The notes: generated by a model from the letters alone, not told the origin. Numbered from the stretch's first letter, positions 8,380-21,035 are shown. The stretch is DNA of 64,000 bases from Tenericutes bacterium RIFOXYA12_FULL_35_10 (GCA_001830045.1 MIDA01000008.1:6499-70498); one strand, 5' to 3'. Numbers and translations are program-made.

Positions 8380-10723
8380 CAACATTCACCTCTTCAATCA
8401 ATGTAAATTGTTCATGCTTAACTGTTATTTTTCCAATGCCTTTAGTTATTGATTTCACCCAAAATGCGATTGCTCCACCTAAAAGAGAGATTTGACTTGG
8501 TCCAATCAGTTCAATAGCGCCTTCGACTTCAATCGTTATAGGATCAAATGCATAAGGTAAAATTTCTTGATTTTGATCAACCATTTTTACGACATAACGC
8601 TTGGTATCATATGTTTCATCTATCATCAGATCACGGCCATTATGCTCAATCATTAAATCAGTTTTCATCACGGGTTCTTTAATGACTTCTTTGACTTTTA
8701 CTCCTTGTTTATATCCTTCAAACTTATACGTATTATGCTTTGTGCCCCAACCAGTCATGTATGTGTAAAACATTCTGACTGCATCATTATAATCACGTTT
8801 ATACTTTTTAAATATATAAAGCATTTTAAGTTTATAAGAAAGTGGTAAATGGTTACCATAAACAGTTACCGCTCTTAAGACACTCTTTGTCAGTTCAGCA
8901 TCTTTAAAACTCATTTTCTCATTTTTTTGTAAGGTTTCGCCGATGAGATCATCGACAATGATGGGTGGATGAGGTAAATGAGGATACATCTTTAAATCAG
9001 GCTGATACGTTTTGATATACACATCGTTTTTATAGACTTTCACTTCATCTAAATTGGTGATGACAATAATATCATCTAATCGACCTGCGGGATGGTCGCC
9101 TAAATTCATTGTCGAGGTGACTTCTAATACAGGTTCTTTTTCTTGTTGAGCGCGGTACGCGAGCGACGCGATTTTTGGAATACGATACATATCAAGTACA
9201 CCGTGATAACATATTTTATCCCCGCTACCAAATTCTTTATGTGTGTTGTAATCTGCAAACACCCAACCAATCGCTCCAGCAACACGGTTTTTCTTGTTAT
9301 ATGCATCATTTAAAACACGAAGATGTCTTTTTAAATGATTAACGCGATGAATTTCATCATCAAAACGTTTTGTGGGATACATGTGCCCATTAAACTCGGT
9401 CACTAAATAAGGGACATCACCTGCAATTTTTTCTTTTTTCTCTAAACCTTTATTTTGTCCTGTATGTGAGAAATCATTATACGTATACACATCTTCAAAG
9501 AAATGACTTTTCGCAAAATTTCTGACACCTCCACGTTGACGTGTCGGATCTAAAGCCATCGCATGTGCATTCATCTTTTGATAGAACGTATCATTATCTG
9601 GAGACTCATTAATTCTGACACCCCAAAGAATAATTGATGGATGATTACGATCTCTTTCAATCATGACATCCAGATTTTCTAAAGATGCTTTTTGCCACGC
9701 TTCATCACCGATATGTTGCCACCCAGGAATTTCTTCTAAGACTAAAAGACCAATCTCATCACAGCGATTAAGGAAATGAATAGACTGTGGATAATGTGAA
9801 GTTCTCACAATGTTACACCCTAAATCAAACTTAATTAAATCAGCATCTTCAATCTGTGCGTGTTTAGGCATCGCATATCCTACATAAGGATAACTTTGAT
9901 GATGATTTAATCCCTGAAGTGTGACTCTTTGTTGATTTAAATAAAAACCATCTCTTTTAAATATAGCCTCGCGAAGACCAAATCGATGTTCAACTTGATC
10001 AATCTCAGAACCATGAGTATACGTTAGTTTCGTCGTGTAAAGATATGGATGATCGATATCCCACAAATTGATCTCTTCAATCTGAACTGGGAAAATAGTA
10101 TGCTCCCCATGGACATCATTTTCTGCTGTAAAAACTAATTTTTGATCGCGATCAAAAATCTCAACTTTTAAATGTCCACCCTCAATGGATGTATTCGCAT
10201 GAACTTTAAATTGAGGTTTCCCGTATTGCTCGATAAACACATTTGTGATATAGGCAACATCTGTGCAAATTAAGTTTACTTCACGGTATATACCACCATA
10301 ACCTAGGTAGTCAACGACACCACCAAAGGGAGGTATATGCGATGCTTCATGTGTGTTTACAACAACCAAAACCTGAAGTGTTCGCACTTCAGATGCGTAG
10401 CTCGATAGATCCACTTCAAAAGGGATATAACCGCCTTCATGCGTCAACACATGATCTTGATTGACATAAACCTTCGCTTCATGTGCAACGCCTTCAAAAC
10501 GCAAAATAACATGCTTTGAAATCATGTCTTCTTTGATATCAAGTTCTTTAACATAGGTGAATTGCCCCCATAAATCAGCTTCATTAAAATTGTTATAGGG
10601 AATATCCACAGGATTGTGTGGAATCATCACTTTTTCAAATGTTTTTAAATCGAAATGACTCACATGTTCTTCTTCAAATGTTTTAAAATACCAATCATTA
10701 TTCATCGGATAACGTATTCTCAT
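8363..10723 (-). CDS. GH2 beta-galactosidase-like glycosidase
   Basis: LRFEGVAH, GGIYREV, NIVRTSHYPQ, DRNHPSIILWGVRINES (acid/base), YLVTEFNGH (nucleophile). Confidence 0.92.
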   Translation of the reverse strand: MRIRYPMNNDWYFKTFEEEHVSHFDLKTFEKVMIPHNPVDIPYNNFNEADLWGQFTYVKELDIKEDMISKHVILRFEGVAHEAKVYVNQDHVLTHEGGYIPFEVDLSSYASEVRTLQVLVVVNTHEASHIPPFGGVVDYLGYGGIYREVNLICTDVAYITNVFIEQYGKPQFKVHANTSIEGGHLKVEIFDRDQKLVFTAENDVHGEHTIFPVQIEEINLWDIDHPYLYTTKLTYTHGSEIDQVEHRFGLREAIFKRDGFYLNQQRVTLQGLNHHQSYPYVGYAMPKHAQIEDADLIKFDLGCNIVRTSHYPQSIHFLNRCDEIGLLVLEEIPGWQHIGDEAWQKASLENLDVMIERDRNHPSIILWGVRINESPDNDTFYQKMNAHAMALDPTRQRGGVRNFAKSHFFEDVYTYNDFSHTGQNKGLEKKEKIAGDVPYLVTEFNGHMYPTKRFDDEIHRVNHLKRHLRVLNDAYNKKNRVAGAIGWVFADYNTHKEFGSGDKICYHGVLDMYRIPKIASLAYRAQQEKEPVLEVTSTMNLGDHPAGRLDDIIVITNLDEVKVYKNDVYIKTYQPDLKMYPHLPHPPIIVDDLIGETLQKNEKMSFKDAELTKSVLRAVTVYGNHLPLSYKLKMLYIFKKYKRDYNDAVRMFYTYMTGWGTKHNTYKFEGYKQGVKVKEVIKEPVMKTDLMIEHNGRDLMIDETYDTKRYVVKMVDQNQEILPYAFDPITIEVEGAIELIGPSQISLLGGAIAFWVKSITKGIGKITVKHEQFTLIEEVNVDETNT

Positions 10724-13062
10724 GATGATTCACCAACTTTCACTTTTTTAATTTCATATAACATGGATCCATAATCGCCAAGAATGCGTGTTTGATCATT
10801 GTAATAGGTGCCCATAAATTGCTGTTTTAACTTCATACCTTGTTTTAATATCTCACCGCTCACATGTTGATCAATAGACGCATTATCAAGCATTTTGTAC
10901 TTTCCGATTGTTCTCATGACCCATCCATTGGTATTTAATTTAATGGGGAGTGCATGTGAAATGAGATGGCCAAAACGTTTAAGTGGAAGTCGCTGTTTAA
11001 AATTAGCCACATGATACATTGCATCTGCTTCAACATCAAGACATATAAGTTTGTCAAAACCCGGACTTGCTGATACCATTTTTTGAAACTGACCTAAAAT
11101 AATTGTTTCCTCGTTAGAGACTTGCCACGTCAAATGATCATGATCTTTTTTCTCATGACGTCTAAAAGTGCCATATTGAAATAGTTTTCGATGTTCTTTG
11201 TAGTACGCAATTTGTCTTTTCATTTCTTCTTTTTCAACAGGTGAAACATAATCAAAATTAAGTTCATAACCTAAAACACCAAAACTAGCAACATTAAATC
11301 TCGTTTCAAGCGGTGTATCTCTTAACGTTTGTGCGTGCGGTGCTAAAGAGACGTGTGCACTAATCGTCGATAAGGGATAAAAATAACTTAATCCTTCTTG
11401 AATGCTTAACCTTTCAATCGGGTCTGTGTCATCGGATGCCCAAACTTGAGCACTAAATGTCAGCATGCCTAAATCGAAACGATTTCCCCCAGATGAACAT
11501 GTTTCAATCAAAAGATTCGGATAACTTTTTTGAATATCTTTTAAAATGTCATAAAGTCCAAGGATGTAGGTATGGAAAAACATACCTTGATGCTCTAAAG
11601 ATTTTGAATACATGTCTGTGATGTGTCTATTCATATCCCATTTGATGTAATCAATGGAAACTTCATCTAAAATGTGGTTTAGCGATTGTTTGATGTAATC
11701 CCTAACTTCTTCTTGACACAGATCTAAAACAAGTTGATTTCTTCCAAGAGATGGTTTTCTTCCCGGAACCATCACTGCATATTCGGGATGTTTCGTAAAC
11801 AAATCGGACGTTGGACTTATCATTTCTGGTTCAAACCATAAACCAAATTTTAAACCTTGTTTCTTCATCCGGTTTGCAAGATATGATAGACCTTTAGGTA
11901 ACTTTTTATGATTTACGTTATAATCACCAAGAGATGTTGTATCATCATTTCTTTTTCCAAACCAACCATCATCTAAGACAAAGAGTTCAATCCCTAAAGA
12001 CTTAGCTTGTTTTGCAAGTTTAAGTAGTTTTCTCTGATTAAAATCAAAGTAAAAAGCTTCCCATGAATTTAAAACAACCGGTCTTTCTTGAAACTGAAAT
12101 TGTTTTGGAATAACATGCTGATTGACAAAATCATGGAAGTGTTTTGATAACTGATTAAATCCTTGATTGGTATAAGATAAAACAGCTTCTGGTGTTTCAA
12201 ATTGCTCACCTTGATTTAAAACCCATTCAAAACAATGTGGATTAATGCCTGTCATGATACGAAGCATATCATGATTTGACTTTTGAACGGCTTCATAGTG
12301 ATTTCCACTGTAAATTAAATTTACACCGATACACATTCCGTAATCTTCATTGGTTTCTTTTTTAGCAATGATGATGCCAGGGTTATGTCTATTGGATGAT
12401 GCACCTGTTGTAGAATCGACAACATAAGTACCATAACTGATATTTCGTTTATGTTTGTGAGCCTCTTTAATCCATCCACCATCAAAGGTGTATAAATCGT
12501 AATCTGAATCATCTAAATCTAACATTAAGCTCATTATTTTTCGAATAACAAGTGGTTGTTGATGCTTATTTTTTAAGATAGCTCTTCTTGAGATAATATT
12601 TGTTTCATAAAACACGGTATAAATCAAATCGAGTTCACACTCAGCGTGATGATCTACCATGGTTATGATTAAGGTTTCAACCTGATTCGTTTCAGCTTTA
12701 GCATAGGGAAGTGATTGACTTTCATAAACACCTTTAATAATCTTGTGGTGATCATAGATAAAATCAGTGACAAACGATTGATCTGGCATTTTAACTTCAA
12801 GTGGGGTGAGCCTAAAATCACCTTTACCAATGCCTGAGTATTCTAAAGGTATTAAGTCTAAAAAAGCTTGCGCGCCATCTTTCTCATAGATAATTTGAGA
12901 ACCCGCGCCAGCGGTGATTTTTTGTTCAAGAACAGACATATCTTGATCGATGAGTTTATGACCTAGATATAAATGTTCTAACTGCCCAGTAGGAAGAACT
13001 CTACATATGTAATGCAAATCCTTTGTCTCAAGTTTAAAGAGGTTCTTATCATTTAGAATCAT
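10720..13062 (-). CDS. GH36 alpha-galactosidase
   Basis: LNSWEA, LFVLDDGWFG, FGLWFEPEM, YIKWDMN (nucleophile), CSSGGNRFD, WASDDTD. Start 13062 fits SD AAAGGAG. Confidence 0.94.
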   Translation of the reverse strand: MILNDKNLFKLETKDLHYICRVLPTGQLEHLYLGHKLIDQDMSVLEQKITAGAGSQIIYEKDGAQAFLDLIPLEYSGIGKGDFRLTPLEVKMPDQSFVTDFIYDHHKIIKGVYESQSLPYAKAETNQVETLIITMVDHHAECELDLIYTVFYETNIISRRAILKNKHQQPLVIRKIMSLMLDLDDSDYDLYTFDGGWIKEAHKHKRNISYGTYVVDSTTGASSNRHNPGIIIAKKETNEDYGMCIGVNLIYSGNHYEAVQKSNHDMLRIMTGINPHCFEWVLNQGEQFETPEAVLSYTNQGFNQLSKHFHDFVNQHVIPKQFQFQERPVVLNSWEAFYFDFNQRKLLKLAKQAKSLGIELFVLDDGWFGKRNDDTTSLGDYNVNHKKLPKGLSYLANRMKKQGLKFGLWFEPEMISPTSDLFTKHPEYAVMVPGRKPSLGRNQLVLDLCQEEVRDYIKQSLNHILDEVSIDYIKWDMNRHITDMYSKSLEHQGMFFHTYILGLYDILKDIQKSYPNLLIETCSSGGNRFDLGMLTFSAQVWASDDTDPIERLSIQEGLSYFYPLSTISAHVSLAPHAQTLRDTPLETRFNVASFGVLGYELNFDYVSPVEKEEMKRQIAYYKEHRKLFQYGTFRRHEKKDHDHLTWQVSNEETIILGQFQKMVSASPGFDKLICLDVEADAMYHVANFKQRLPLKRFGHLISHALPIKLNTNGWVMRTIGKYKMLDNASIDQHVSGEILKQGMKLKQQFMGTYYNDQTRILGDYGSMLYEIKKVKVGESS

Positions 13063-14656
13063 GAGCATTCTCCTTTATTAGTCTGCATTCATAGGGCTTT
13101 AGATATGTGTTTAAATTGTCATAATTTTTCATCATGATGTGTCCATCAACATGAAGTGGAAGCTTCAGTGTTTTTTTAGTCATGTTAATCATAGTAACAA
13201 AAGTGTCTTCTTTATCTTTTCTTCTAAACATAAAAAGACCACGTTTGGCATACATCACTTCAAAATCACCATATCTCAAACTGGCATATGTTTTTCTAAG
13301 TGAAATAAGATCTTTGTAGAAATGTAAAATCGAACTTTGATCACTTAGGGCTTGATTTACGTTGATCGTTTTTGTGTTGCTATTGACTTTAATCCATGGC
13401 ATTCCTTCTGTAAAACCACCTTGATTCGTCCATTGCATGGGCGTTCTAGCGTGATCTCTTGAAGAAAGTTTAAGCATTCTTTGCTGAAACCAATTTGGAA
13501 AATGCAGTTTTTTAGCTAAATCAATGATGCGATGTGTTTCTACATCACGAAATTCTTCAAGTGATGTAAAATCGCCGTTTGTCATTCCAATTTCTTCACC
13601 CTGATAAATATAAGGTGTACCTTTTAGAGTTAGGTTTAATAAAGCTAGCATTTTTGCACTTTCTTTATGATACTTCTGATCATCACCAAAACGAGAAACA
13701 GAACGTTGTTGATCGTGATTTTCTAAGTAGTTTGCATTCCAGTAAACTTCTTTTTCCCACTTAACTAAGACCTTGATAAACTTCTTAGGTCTAAATTTGG
13801 TTCGAAACCATTTATTATTGATTTGATCTGTTTCCATGTGCTCAAACCCAAACACCATATCCAGTTCTTTATGTTCAGGTAAAATCAGATCGTTTGCTTG
13901 TTTGGTATTCACTAATACCGTTTCTCCAACTGTCATCGTATCATAGTGATCGAGCACAGTTTTTCTTAACGTTTTTAAGATATGATGCATTCCTTCTTGT
14001 GAGTGATAATGTTCTCTCCCCACTAAGATTAAACGTTTCTTTCCATCTTCTAATGAAGTTTTATAAATGATGTTAATCACATCACATCTGAAACCGTATA
14101 TGCCTTTATTAAGCCAAAAGCGTATAATATCTTGAATTTCTTCTAAAACCTTAGGGTTATTCCAGTTTAGGTCTGGTTGTTTTTTGCTAAACAGATGAAG
14201 GTAATAAGAATCACCTATCTTATCCCATGCTTTACCACCAAAAAAACTGGTCCAATTATTGGGTTTATCTTGCCAGATATAATAATCTCTATAGGGACTC
14301 GATTTATCTTTACTAGCGATAAACCATGGATGTTCATCCGATGTATGGTTAATGACGAGATCCATGATAATCTTAAGTCCTCTTTGATTAGCTTCTTTAA
14401 TTAACTGATCCATATCGTCCATCGTACCAAACTCTGGTTGGATTGCTTTATAATCGCTAATATCATATCCGTTATCGTCATTGGGAGATGCATAAACAGG
14501 TGATAGCCAGATGACATCAACACCCAAAGATTTCACATAATCCAATTTGGAAATGATACCTTTAAGATCACCTACACCATCCCCATTTGAATCCATAAAA
14601 CTTCTGGGATATATTTGATAGACTACCTTATCTTTCCATGAAGGTTTAAATTCCAT
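13049..14656 (-). CDS. GH13 alpha-glucosidase / oligo-1,6-glucosidase
   Basis: VYQIYPRSFMDSNGDGVGDL, DLVINHTSDEHPWF, GFRCDVIN, TVGE, YLENHDQ, RDHARTPMQW. Confidence 0.94.
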   Translation of the reverse strand: MEFKPSWKDKVVYQIYPRSFMDSNGDGVGDLKGIISKLDYVKSLGVDVIWLSPVYASPNDDNGYDISDYKAIQPEFGTMDDMDQLIKEANQRGLKIIMDLVINHTSDEHPWFIASKDKSSPYRDYYIWQDKPNNWTSFFGGKAWDKIGDSYYLHLFSKKQPDLNWNNPKVLEEIQDIIRFWLNKGIYGFRCDVINIIYKTSLEDGKKRLILVGREHYHSQEGMHHILKTLRKTVLDHYDTMTVGETVLVNTKQANDLILPEHKELDMVFGFEHMETDQINNKWFRTKFRPKKFIKVLVKWEKEVYWNANYLENHDQQRSVSRFGDDQKYHKESAKMLALLNLTLKGTPYIYQGEEIGMTNGDFTSLEEFRDVETHRIIDLAKKLHFPNWFQQRMLKLSSRDHARTPMQWTNQGGFTEGMPWIKVNSNTKTINVNQALSDQSSILHFYKDLISLRKTYASLRYGDFEVMYAKRGLFMFRRKDKEDTFVTMINMTKKTLKLPLHVDGHIMMKNYDNLNTYLKPYECRLIKENAHDSK

Positions 14657-14665
14657 AGTCCCTCC

Positions 14666-14695
14666 TGTAAACGCTTTACTTTATCTTTTATTATA
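14666..14695 (-). promoter_or_regulatory. -10 box plus cre/LacI-type operator of the glycosidase operon
   Basis: TATAAT at 14695-14690. TGTAAACGCTTTAC at 14666-14679 lies between the predicted start site and SD GGAGG. No good -35. Confidence 0.65.
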
Positions 14696-14729
14696 TAATA
14701 AAATCGCTTCATTGAGACTAAGAAGAAAA

Positions 14730-14757
14730 AAAGTTACTCACCAAATGAGCAACTCTT
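14730..14757 (-). terminator. Intrinsic terminator after maf
   Basis: Minus strand GAGTTGCTCA-TTTGG-TGAGTAACTT followed by a T-tract. Confidence 0.75.
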
Positions 14758-15304
14758 AAAAATTCTTTAATTGATCGAGCACTTCTTTTAAAGGTAGCCC
14801 CACAATGGTGAAGAAATCACCTTTATAATGATCCACAAGTGCACCACCTTGACCCTGAATACCATAAGCACCAGCTTTATCCATAGGTTCACCCGTTTTA
14901 ATATAGTTTAAAATCTCTAAATCGGATAGGTTTTTCATCCAAACTTCTGTTTCAGAAACAAACGTTTTTACCTTATCACCTTTAATAAGTGCGACAGCAG
15001 TATAGACGACATGGCGATCATCGGATAATAGTTTTAACATCCGGTAAGCATCATCCTCATCACGCGGTTTACCTAAGATTTGATTATCATAAACCACAAT
15101 GGTATCTGCACCAATAATGGTATCATTAGGATACTTCTCAGCAACACTCAATGCCTTAAGTCTAGCAAGCTCTACGACAAGTTCATTAGGTTTATATTTA
15201 TCATCGATAATTTCTTCAAGATGACTTGGAACGATAATAAAATCTAATCCTGCATCTTTTAATAGTTTGGCTCTTCTTGGGGAACTACTGGCTAAAATTA
15301 ACAT
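14756..15304 (-). CDS. maf: Maf family nucleotide pyrophosphatase
   Basis: LILASSSPRR, IIGADTIV, EPMDKAGAYGIQG, VGLP. Confidence 0.95.
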   Translation of the reverse strand: MLILASSSPRRAKLLKDAGLDFIIVPSHLEEIIDDKYKPNELVVELARLKALSVAEKYPNDTIIGADTIVVYDNQILGKPRDEDDAYRMLKLLSDDRHVVYTAVALIKGDKVKTFVSETEVWMKNLSDLEILNYIKTGEPMDKAGAYGIQGQGGALVDHYKGDFFTIVGLPLKEVLDQLKNF

Positions 15305-15410
15305 GTTCGCCCTCCTCTATTCTTAATGTATTATAGCATAGGATAAAGACATTTATTCAAAATTTTTACAATTTATAAGGTATAATAAACATATAGAAAG
15401 GGGCTATCTC

Positions 15411-16700
15411 ATGAAATCAATTCAGAGCTTACTTAAAAACGATCTTAAGATTCCACAATCATCTCGGCTTGTTGTTTCAGTTAGTGGTGGTGTTGATTCA
15501 ATGGTCTTGCTTCATATGCTCAAGCAAACATCCTATGAACTTGCAGTAGTCCATTTCAATCATTTAAAGCGAGATCAATCACTCATTGAAAAAGATTTAG
15601 TTGAAACTTACTGCAAGTCTTTTGATATACCATTTCATTATTATACGATTAAAGTCAAAAGCGGTAATTTTCATCATCAAGCTCATCTCTTAAGAGAACA
15701 TTATTTAAATGAGGTTGCAAAAGTTTATCAAACGCGATACATTTTAACTGCTCATCATGCAGATGATCTCTTTGAGAATGTTTTAATCAAACTGACAAGG
15801 GGTTCTAATTTATTAGGTTATGCGGGTATGCAACAAGTAAATGAAACCGATAGTTTTTCCTATATTAAACCTTTGCTCTACCATTCTAAAAGAGAGATTC
15901 TAAACTATGCACATGAACAAAAAGTGCCCTTTTTAGATGATGAATCTAACGAAGAAAACGCTTATCTTAGAAATAGATACCGTCACTCTGTTGTTCCCAT
16001 TATGAAACAAGAAAATGATCAACTACTTGAACAAATCAAACAATATCATCACCAAATATCTGATGCGTTTTTCTTTATGAGAGAGCAAACAAAACTCAAT
16101 GTTAAAAATCAACGTCTTAATTTAAATCTATTTAGAACGTGGCATCCTGCACTTCAAGATGATGCGATTGCCTTCTTAATTGAGTCCTATGAATTAAACA
16201 TTTCTTATGAGTTGATTCAAAAAATTAAGCGTATACTCCTTTCAAACAAACCGAATGTGATTTACCGTTTAAACAAAAATCATTGCTTTGTGAAGTCTTA
16301 TCAAGATGCTTTTATAAAGCCCTTAACCGATAAAGATACCACACAAATTTTGATTCATGAAGGTGAAACCCGTATTGGAAATATGGCTATTTTCACATTA
16401 TTAAGTAAAACAATTGCCAATACTGAAGAATTCACAAAATTGTGTTATAATAAACTAGCATTTCCATTGATCTTAAGACACCGCACCGAAGGTGATCAAC
16501 TGGCTTATTCATATGGACATAAGAAACTAAAAAAACTTCTTATTGATGAAAAAGTACCAATGGATATCAGAGATAAACTTTGGGTTTTAACAGATCACGA
16601 TGGGACTATTTTATGGGTTCAAAATCATTATTTGAACCAAACTTTAGGTCAGGAACTGACATTGTATTTTAAATTAAAAGAGGTAAGAAAACATGCATAA
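15411..16700 (+). CDS. tilS: tRNA(Ile)-lysidine synthetase
   Basis: SGGVDS PP-loop, TAHHADD, DESN...YLRNRYR; sits upstream of hpt-ftsH. Confidence 0.95.
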   Translation: MKSIQSLLKNDLKIPQSSRLVVSVSGGVDSMVLLHMLKQTSYELAVVHFNHLKRDQSLIEKDLVETYCKSFDIPFHYYTIKVKSGNFHHQAHLLREHYLNEVAKVYQTRYILTAHHADDLFENVLIKLTRGSNLLGYAGMQQVNETDSFSYIKPLLYHSKREILNYAHEQKVPFLDDESNEENAYLRNRYRHSVVPIMKQENDQLLEQIKQYHHQISDAFFFMREQTKLNVKNQRLNLNLFRTWHPALQDDAIAFLIESYELNISYELIQKIKRILLSNKPNVIYRLNKNHCFVKSYQDAFIKPLTDKDTTQILIHEGETRIGNMAIFTLLSKTIANTEEFTKLCYNKLAFPLILRHRTEGDQLAYSYGHKKLKKLLIDEKVPMDIRDKLWVLTDHDGTILWVQNHYLNQTLGQELTLYFKLKEVRKHA

Positions 16701-17235
16701 GGATATTGCAGAAATCTTAGTAACAGAACAAGAGATTCAAGACATTTGCACAAGCATGGGAAAAGAGATTGCAGCTGACTACAAGGATAAAAACTTAATC
16801 ATTGTGGGTTTACTCAAAGGCTGTGTCCCATTTCTAGCAGATTTAACGCGCAAAATTGATCTCAAATTTGATATTGCTTATATGTCAGTATCAAGTTACC
16901 ACGGAGGTATCGCTTCTTCGGGTGACGTAAAAATTAAAATGGATTTAGATATTTCAATTAAGGGACGTGATGTATTAATTGTAGAAGACATCGTCGATAC
17001 AGCAAATACCATCGTCACCATTATGGAATTATTTAAACATCGTGGTGCATCTTCTGTGAAGATTGCAACACTGCTTGATAAACCTGAAGGACGCATTAAA
17101 CCCTATGAACCTGAGTATGTAGGTCGTGTGATTCCTAAAGCGTTTGTTGTTGGTTATGGTCTTGACTACGATGAGATGTATCGCAATCTTCCGTATGTTG
17201 GCATCCTTAAACCTGAAGTATATAACACTAAATAA
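16693..17235 (+). CDS. hpt: Hypoxanthine phosphoribosyltransferase
   Basis: VLIVEDIVDT PRPP motif, FVVGYGLDY, YRNLPYVG. Confidence 0.96.
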   Translation: MHKDIAEILVTEQEIQDICTSMGKEIAADYKDKNLIIVGLLKGCVPFLADLTRKIDLKFDIAYMSVSSYHGGIASSGDVKIKMDLDISIKGRDVLIVEDIVDTANTIVTIMELFKHRGASSVKIATLLDKPEGRIKPYEPEYVGRVIPKAFVVGYGLDYDEMYRNLPYVGILKPEVYNTK

Positions 17236-17247
17236 AGGGGTGTATTT

Positions 17248-19161
17248 ATGAATCAAAGCCCAAATAACAAGAAAAAAGTAGATTACCGTAAAAAACCTGA
17301 TTATTTGATCATGCTGTTCACGCTGGTCATTGTCATTGGTGTTTTCCTATTCTTAAGAGATGCACTTCAAGGTGAAGTCGCAACACTTAACGTGACTGAA
17401 TTAACGCAAGCAGCAGATTTAGGTCACATTGAATCGCTTAAGTATACACCTGTTGGTGGCGATAACATTACCTTAGTTGAAATTCAAGGAACTTTCTATA
17501 AAGATAGTGCCTCTGCTTCCTTCTATGGAACCGTATCGTTTGAAGGAATCATGCCTTTAGAAAATGCACAGCAGATTATGCTCACCGTTGAATCTAAGGG
17601 TGGCGAAACCTTGATTGGCGTTCGCTCTGGTATCACCATTTGGACGGTTTTATTAAACCTTGTCCCTATGATTTTGGTTTTAGTCATTTTATTCATTATT
17701 TTTAGAAACGCGAATAGCCAAAATTCTAAAGCATTTGACTTTGCTAAAAACCGTGCACGTTTAAACCGTGAAAAATCAATCACATTTAAAGATGTGGCTG
17801 GTGTTGAAGAAGAAAAACAAGAACTTGAAGAACTCATCGATTTCTTGAAGAATCCCAAAAAATATGTTGATATGGGTGCGCGTATTCCTAAGGGTGTACT
17901 TTTAGTAGGTTCACCTGGTACAGGTAAAACGTTACTTGCAAGAGCTGTTGCAGGTGAAGCTAACGTTCCATTCTTTTCGATTTCAGGTTCTGACTTCGTT
18001 GAAATGTTTGTTGGTGTGGGTGCCTCACGCGTGCGTGATTTATTTAAGGTAGCCAAAGAAAACTCACCTTGTATTATCTTTATTGATGAAATCGATGCCG
18101 TTGGTCGTCAACGTGGTGCCGGTTTAGGTGGTGGACACGATGAACGTGAACAAACGTTAAACCAGCTCTTAGTTGAAATGGATGGTTTTACCACAAACAT
18201 GGGTATCATCATTATTGCTGCTACGAACCGCCCCGATGTCTTAGACCCTGCACTTCTTCGTCCAGGACGCTTTGACCGTCAAATAACTATTACCTTACCT
18301 GACATTAGAGGTAGAGAAGCTATTTTAAAAGTTCATGCAAGAAATAAAAAATTAGATCCAAAAGTTAAACTCAGTGAGTTTGCATCACGCATTCCAGGTT
18401 TCTCAGGTGCTGATATTGAAAACCTACTTAATGAAGCAGCTTTACTTGCAGCACGTGATAACCGCACACTGATCTCTCAAATCGATATGGATGAAGCCAT
18501 TGACCGCGTCATGATGGGACCCGCTAAAAAATCACGTAAATATTCACCTGAAGAAAAGAAAACAGTTGCATATCATGAAGCTGGACATGCTGTTATTGGA
18601 ATCAAACTTGAAGATGCGAACGTTGTTCAAAAAGTAACAATCATTCCACGTGGACGTACGGGTGGCTACAACTTAATGGTGCCACTTGAAGAAAAATTCT
18701 TATCCACAAAGAGTTCACTCATTGCTCAAATCACTTCTTTCCTTGGTGGTCGTGTCGCTGAAGAACTTGTCTTTGACACCGTTACAACGGGAGCATACAA
18801 TGACTTCCAAAACGCAACAGCCATTGCACGTGCGATGGTCACTGAATATGGTATGTCCGATTTAGGACCTGTCCAATATGAAAGTGCCGGTGGAAACGTG
18901 TTCCTAGGTAGAGATTACTTCAAAGAAAAGAACTTCTCTGACCAAGTCGCTCATGAAATCGATAAAGAAGTTAGACATATCATTACAACATGTTTCGAAA
19001 AAGCAAAAAAAATTATTACAGAAAACAGAGATTTACTTGACTTGATTGCACATTACCTCGTTGAAGTTGAAACATTAACGAAAGCTGATATTGATGAAAT
19101 CGTGACAACAGGAAAACTTTCTTGGTATCAAGAAAAACAAGAAAACGACAATGCGGCTTGA
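17248..19161 (+). CDS. ftsH: ATP-dependent zinc metalloprotease FtsH
   Basis: Two TM helices, [20 protein letters not shown] zinc motif. Confidence 0.98.
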   Translation: MNQSPNNKKKVDYRKKPDYLIMLFTLVIVIGVFLFLRDALQGEVATLNVTELTQAADLGHIESLKYTPVGGDNITLVEIQGTFYKDSASASFYGTVSFEGIMPLENAQQIMLTVESKGGETLIGVRSGITIWTVLLNLVPMILVLVILFIIFRNANSQNSKAFDFAKNRARLNREKSITFKDVAGVEEEKQELEELIDFLKNPKKYVDMGARIPKGVLLVGSPGTGKTLLARAVAGEANVPFFSISGSDFVEMFVGVGASRVRDLFKVAKENSPCIIFIDEIDAVGRQRGAGLGGGHDEREQTLNQLLVEMDGFTTNMGIIIIAATNRPDVLDPALLRPGRFDRQITITLPDIRGREAILKVHARNKKLDPKVKLSEFASRIPGFSGADIENLLNEAALLAARDNRTLISQIDMDEAIDRVMMGPAKKSRKYSPEEKKTVAYHEAGHAVIGIKLEDANVVQKVTIIPRGRTGGYNLMVPLEEKFLSTKSSLIAQITSFLGGRVAEELVFDTVTTGAYNDFQNATAIARAMVTEYGMSDLGPVQYESAGGNVFLGRDYFKEKNFSDQVAHEIDKEVRHIITTCFEKAKKIITENRDLLDLIAHYLVEVETLTKADIDEIVTTGKLSWYQEKQENDNAA

Positions 19162-19396
19162 TAAATACTTAAAAGTCGCACGCATCATTAAGCGTCGCAC
19201 GATTGCTAAAGAAGCTGCTGAAAAAGAAAAAGTTGAAATTAACGGTAAAACCGCAAAACCTTCAACTGCAGTTAAAGAAGGCGACTTACTCACCTTATAT
19301 TTAGGTCTTAACATCATTAAAGTGAAGGTGACATCGCTCACGCTTAAAAAAGATGAGTTGATGTATGAGCTTTTATCCGAAGAAAAACGGCCATAA
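19151..19396 (+). CDS. rqcP: S4-domain RNA-binding protein (YabO/RqcP-like)
   Basis: [21 protein letters not shown]...INGKTAKPS, the YabO/Hsp15 pattern. Confidence 0.85.
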   Translation: MRLDKYLKVARIIKRRTIAKEAAEKEKVEINGKTAKPSTAVKEGDLLTLYLGLNIIKVKVTSLTLKKDELMYELLSEEKRP

Positions 19397-19414
19397 CTTT
19401 TGTTTATGGCTTTT
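19390..19414 (+). terminator. Probable terminator overlapping the lysS promoter region
   Basis: GCCATAA-loop-TTATGGC-TTTT, followed by TG-N-TATAAT (19419-19427) upstream of lysS. Confidence 0.6.
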
Positions 19415-19439
19415 CTTATGATATAATATCTTGGATTAG

Positions 19440-20936
<1,497 letters not shown>

Positions 20937-20972
20937 TTTCTGTAATTTGAATTACTAAATTAAAATTATAAA

Positions 20973-21008
20973 GCTTAAATTCGAATGATTTCGAAATTAA
21001 GTTTTTTT
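20973..21008 (+). terminator. Intrinsic terminator after lysS
   Basis: GCTTAAATTCGAA-TGA-TTTCGAAATTAAGT followed by a T-tract. Confidence 0.7.
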
Positions 21009-21035
21009 TGTTCTACGTGATCATCATTTTTAAAA

